DNA of 49,899 bases, from NCBI GenBank assembly GCA_964454925.1, contig CAYVXC010000001.1, positions 3,927 through 53,825 of the forward strand, given 5' to 3'. Every line of letters begins with the position of its first letter. Within the stretch, counting starts at the first letter, position 1. The position numbers and the translations under genes were made by a program. Source of the DNA: an uncultured Bacteroides sp. Its GTDB lineage: Bacteria; Bacteroidota; Bacteroidia; Bacteroidales; Muribaculaceae. This document shows, piece by piece, positions 47,322 through 49,899 of the stretch. Below the pieces are notes generated by a model. It searched no databases, had not been told where the DNA came from, and worked only from the letters and a program-made list of their open reading frames with translations.

Positions 47322-48359
47322 ATGGAAACAACTCAGAAACCTCGTATCTTCATTATTTATACCGGTGGTACAATCGGCATGGTCGAAACTCCCGAAGGTC
47401 TCCAGCCTTTTGACTTCAATCATCTGATGGACAATGTGCCCAAAATCGGCAAATTAGGCTATGAAATCGGCAACTACCAGTTCCCACAGCCTATCGATTC
47501 AAGCAACATGAATCCTGAATATTACAACCAGATTGTAAAAGCTATCGCCGATAACTATGACGACTACGACGGTTTCGTAATCCTCCACGGCACTGACACA
47601 ATGGCTTACACAGCCACCGCTCTGAGCTTCATGCTTCAGAATCTTCGTAAACCTGTTGTAATCACCGGTTCACAGCTGCCTATCGGCGACGTTCGTGAAG
47701 ACGGTACTGAAAACCTCATCTCGGCTCTCGAAGTTGCCGCAGCTAAAGACGAAAACGGTGACCCGATGATTCAGGAAGTTGTAATCTCGTTCCAGGACTA
47801 TATCGTCCGCGGTAACCGCTCGACCAAGTTTACCTCAACCGGCTTCCACGCCTTCAAGAGCTTCAACTACCCGAACCTCGGTACGATCGACCTTCACATC
47901 TCGTACAACAAGCCCTTCTTGTTCCGTCCTCAGGTCAACGAACCGCTGAACCCGATGATGACAATGGATCCCTCGATTCTGGTACTCTTCCTCTATCCCG
48001 GCATCACCGAGGATGTTGTCAAAGCCCAGCTGAATACTCCCGGAATCAAAGGCGTTGTACTCCGCACATTCGGTGCCGGTAACGCTCCCACCGAAAAATG
48101 GTTCCTCGATCTGATTGCTGACGCTGTTAAACGTGGTCTCGTAATCCTGAATGTCACCCAGTGCATGAACGGCGGTGACGAACAGAAACGTTACTACACC
48201 GGCGACATGCTTTCGCAGGCAGGTGTAATCTCAGGCTACGACATGACCGTCGAAGCAGGTGTCATGAAACTCATGTACCTCTTCGGTAAAGGTCTGACCA
48301 CTGACCAGGTTAAGAAATACCTCGGTGTTTCGATGGTTGGCGAAGTCACAGTCGACTGA
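47322..48359 (+). CDS. ansA: Type I (cytoplasmic) L-asparaginase
   Basis: YTGGTIGM, IDSS, HGTDTM, TGSQ and FGAGN; no signal peptide. Confidence 0.93.
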   Translation: METTQKPRIFIIYTGGTIGMVETPEGLQPFDFNHLMDNVPKIGKLGYEIGNYQFPQPIDSSNMNPEYYNQIVKAIADNYDDYDGFVILHGTDTMAYTATALSFMLQNLRKPVVITGSQLPIGDVREDGTENLISALEVAAAKDENGDPMIQEVVISFQDYIVRGNRSTKFTSTGFHAFKSFNYPNLGTIDLHISYNKPFLFRPQVNEPLNPMMTMDPSILVLFLYPGITEDVVKAQLNTPGIKGVVLRTFGAGNAPTEKWFLDLIADAVKRGLVILNVTQCMNGGDEQKRYYTGDMLSQAGVISGYDMTVEAGVMKLMYLFGKGLTTDQVKKYLGVSMVGEVTVD

Positions 48360-48388
48360 CCCGTCTGATTAAATTACGCAAAACCCTT

Positions 48389-48435
48389 TAAACCGACACC
48401 GGATCCGCCTCAAAGACGAATCCGGTGTCGGTTTA
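48389..48435. terminator. Hairpin terminator between convergent ansA and ybeY
   Basis: TAAACCGACACCGGAT / ATCCGGTGTCGGTTTA 16-bp inverted repeat. Confidence 0.8.
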
Positions 48436-48439
48436 TATA

Positions 48440-48865
48440 TCATAGTGATATCCGGTCCCACATTTCGAGTGCCTCGTTTTCGTTAGCCTCCATAATCTCC
48501 CGCTCTCCGGGGCCCTTGTCATTTATACCCACCAGATGGAGGACACCATGAATAATGACTCGGAGGAGTTCGCGTCCATAGGTTGCACCGACCTGCTCGG
48601 CATTCGTGGCCACCGTATCGAGCGAAATGAACATATCGCCCGAGATTCGCCGACGCTTACTGTAATCAAACGTTATTATGTCCGTGAAATAGTCATGATT
48701 CAGGAACTGTCGGTTTACCTCAAGAATCTTCGGGTCGTCAACGAAAATATAAGTCAGATCGCCGACACTCTTTTCGTGACTCGCGGCTACCATCTCAACC
48801 CATCGCTCGATCTTCTCGAAATCGACAGCAGGCATATCGACATTTTCAGTCAAAAAAGTAATCAT
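48440..48865 (-). CDS. ybeY: rRNA maturation endoribonuclease YbeY
   Basis: NRQFLNHDYFTDIITF, GDMFIS and HGVLHLVGIND. Start taken at ATG 48865. Confidence 0.93.
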   Translation of the reverse strand: MITFLTENVDMPAVDFEKIERWVEMVAASHEKSVGDLTYIFVDDPKILEVNRQFLNHDYFTDIITFDYSKRRRISGDMFISLDTVATNAEQVGATYGRELLRVIIHGVLHLVGINDKGPGEREIMEANENEALEMWDRISL

Positions 48866-48909
48866 GATTCTCGGGAAAACAAAATGTATGATATGGAAGA
48901 AAGTTTTTT

Positions 48910-48917
48910 CAAAGTTA
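48910..48917 (-). promoter_or_regulatory. -7 element (TAACTTTG) for ybeY
   Basis: Plus-strand CAAAGTTA, ~45 bp upstream of ATG 48865. Confidence 0.55.
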
Positions 48918-49189
48918 GTGCATTTTTTCCTAATTTTGTAGAACTCGCGGTCGGAAAACACTAAGAAGAGGATTCTGTTTTCCGGATTGAAAAATTTTTT
49001 GACCATCAAAAATCGGCCTATATCTCTGAGCATCTTAAAAATATCCGTTTTTTGAGCCTCTGAGAATCGCGTATCTGTTTCAATCCGCACACCTGCTCGG
49101 CTTTTTTCGAATTATCGCGACTGCAAATTTAGATTATTTTAACTCTTGAAACACATTCCCGAGATTCGGGGTGTGACAAACACAAAACA

Positions 49190-49899
49190 ATGTTAATATA
49201 CGAAATTCTCCCTTCTGAAGCTCTCGACGAAGAAAAAAAGTCGGTGACCGGACTTCTCGAACAGGCCGGCATAGTAACTCGATTTGTCACGCCCTCTTCC
49301 ATGTCGTTTCTCACTTCGATGAGAATCGCCACCGAATGTAAAAAGACCGTTCCCGATGCTGTGGTCTGTCACCGCTTGAAAGATGCGGTCGGGGCGATTT
49401 CAGCAAGGGAGCTCGTAAAAAGTCGCAACGGCAATTTCAGAATCGTCTATCTGGTTAACCCGAAAGACCCTCTTCCGAAAAGAATTTCTCCGGCCATACA
49501 GTCGGGAATAGATTGCTGGGTATTTCCCGACATTAATTCCCGGAACAGATATTCGACCCTCCTGTCGCTCGGAACTGAAAACAGCGCCATTCTCGAACCG
49601 ACAACAATCGCTGCTCCGATTGAAAGCATCGATAACGACCGAAAAATAATCGTCAGGGTCGGACCGATTGATGACACCACTACTCTTGCCGATACCATCG
49701 ATGTCATGCTCGACCGACTGCCGTCTGCGGAATATGAACTGCGTGTCCTCGGAACGGGACAAGCCCGTTATGTCATGCCACTCGTAAAGAGAGCCCGTGC
49801 AAACGGACTCAACATAACCTGGCTCGGCGAGGAATATGACCTTGAAAAAGAACTCGCCGCGGCGGGAGCCATTCTCGTCGCCGACCGCAATCTCCTCAG
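49190..49899 (+). CDS. GT-B (family 4-like) glycosyltransferase, truncated by the window end
   Basis: Open frame from ATG 49190 to the end: MLIYEILPSE...PDAVVCH...IIVRVGPI...LRVLGTG...NITWLGE...LAAAGAILV. Not in the ORF track because it has no stop in the window. Confidence 0.6.
   Translation, partial: MLIYEILPSEALDEEKKSVTGLLEQAGIVTRFVTPSSMSFLTSMRIATECKKTVPDAVVCHRLKDAVGAISARELVKSRNGNFRIVYLVNPKDPLPKRISPAIQSGIDCWVFPDINSRNRYSTLLSLGTENSAILEPTTIAAPIESIDNDRKIIVRVGPIDDTTTLADTIDVMLDRLPSAEYELRVLGTGQARYVMPLVKRARANGLNITWLGEEYDLEKELAAAGAILVADRNLL

Noticed and set aside
48866-49090. 75-aa N-terminal extension of ybeY
   Set aside because: Runs through the -7 promoter box and AT-rich intergenic DNA; YbeY homology begins at 48865.

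Overview
Chromosomal window from a Bacteroidales bacterium, most likely Muribaculaceae-like. The evidence is T9SS PorZ and CTD-bearing proteins, TTTG-N~20-TAnnTTTG promoters and the Bacteroidota dcw gene order; the family call is inference. Left to right: (1) a minus-strand rdgB-porZ-hypothetical unit; (2) a surface lipoprotein plus outer-membrane barrel pair; (3) a small AT-rich cassette of two membrane microproteins bracketed by a duplicated terminator+promoter module; (4) a T9SS beta-helix protein; (5) a ~28-kb co-directional minus-strand run of 22 genes, from the dcw cluster (ftsL to ftsZ, with no mraZ/rsmH) through a membrane-anchored pseudokinase, GNAT, secreted endonuclease I, CI/LexA-like S24 repressor, cobB, gldE-gldD, a PPTase and an RND pump; (6) an orphan OmpR-type regulator, rnhB, a HigBA-like TA module, uvrC, apt, a parS site and mnmG; (7) a glsA-MFS-ansA deamidase operon, ybeY and a truncated glycosyltransferase. 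No rRNA, tRNA, CRISPR array, integrase or transposase was seen. The best candidates for undescribed biology are the ftsZ-coupled pseudokinase, the duplicated module with an inverted hairpin loop around the microprotein cassette, the Gln/Asn double-deamidase operon and a stand-alone M41-like pseudoprotease. All family calls come from motif recognition by eye, not database searches.
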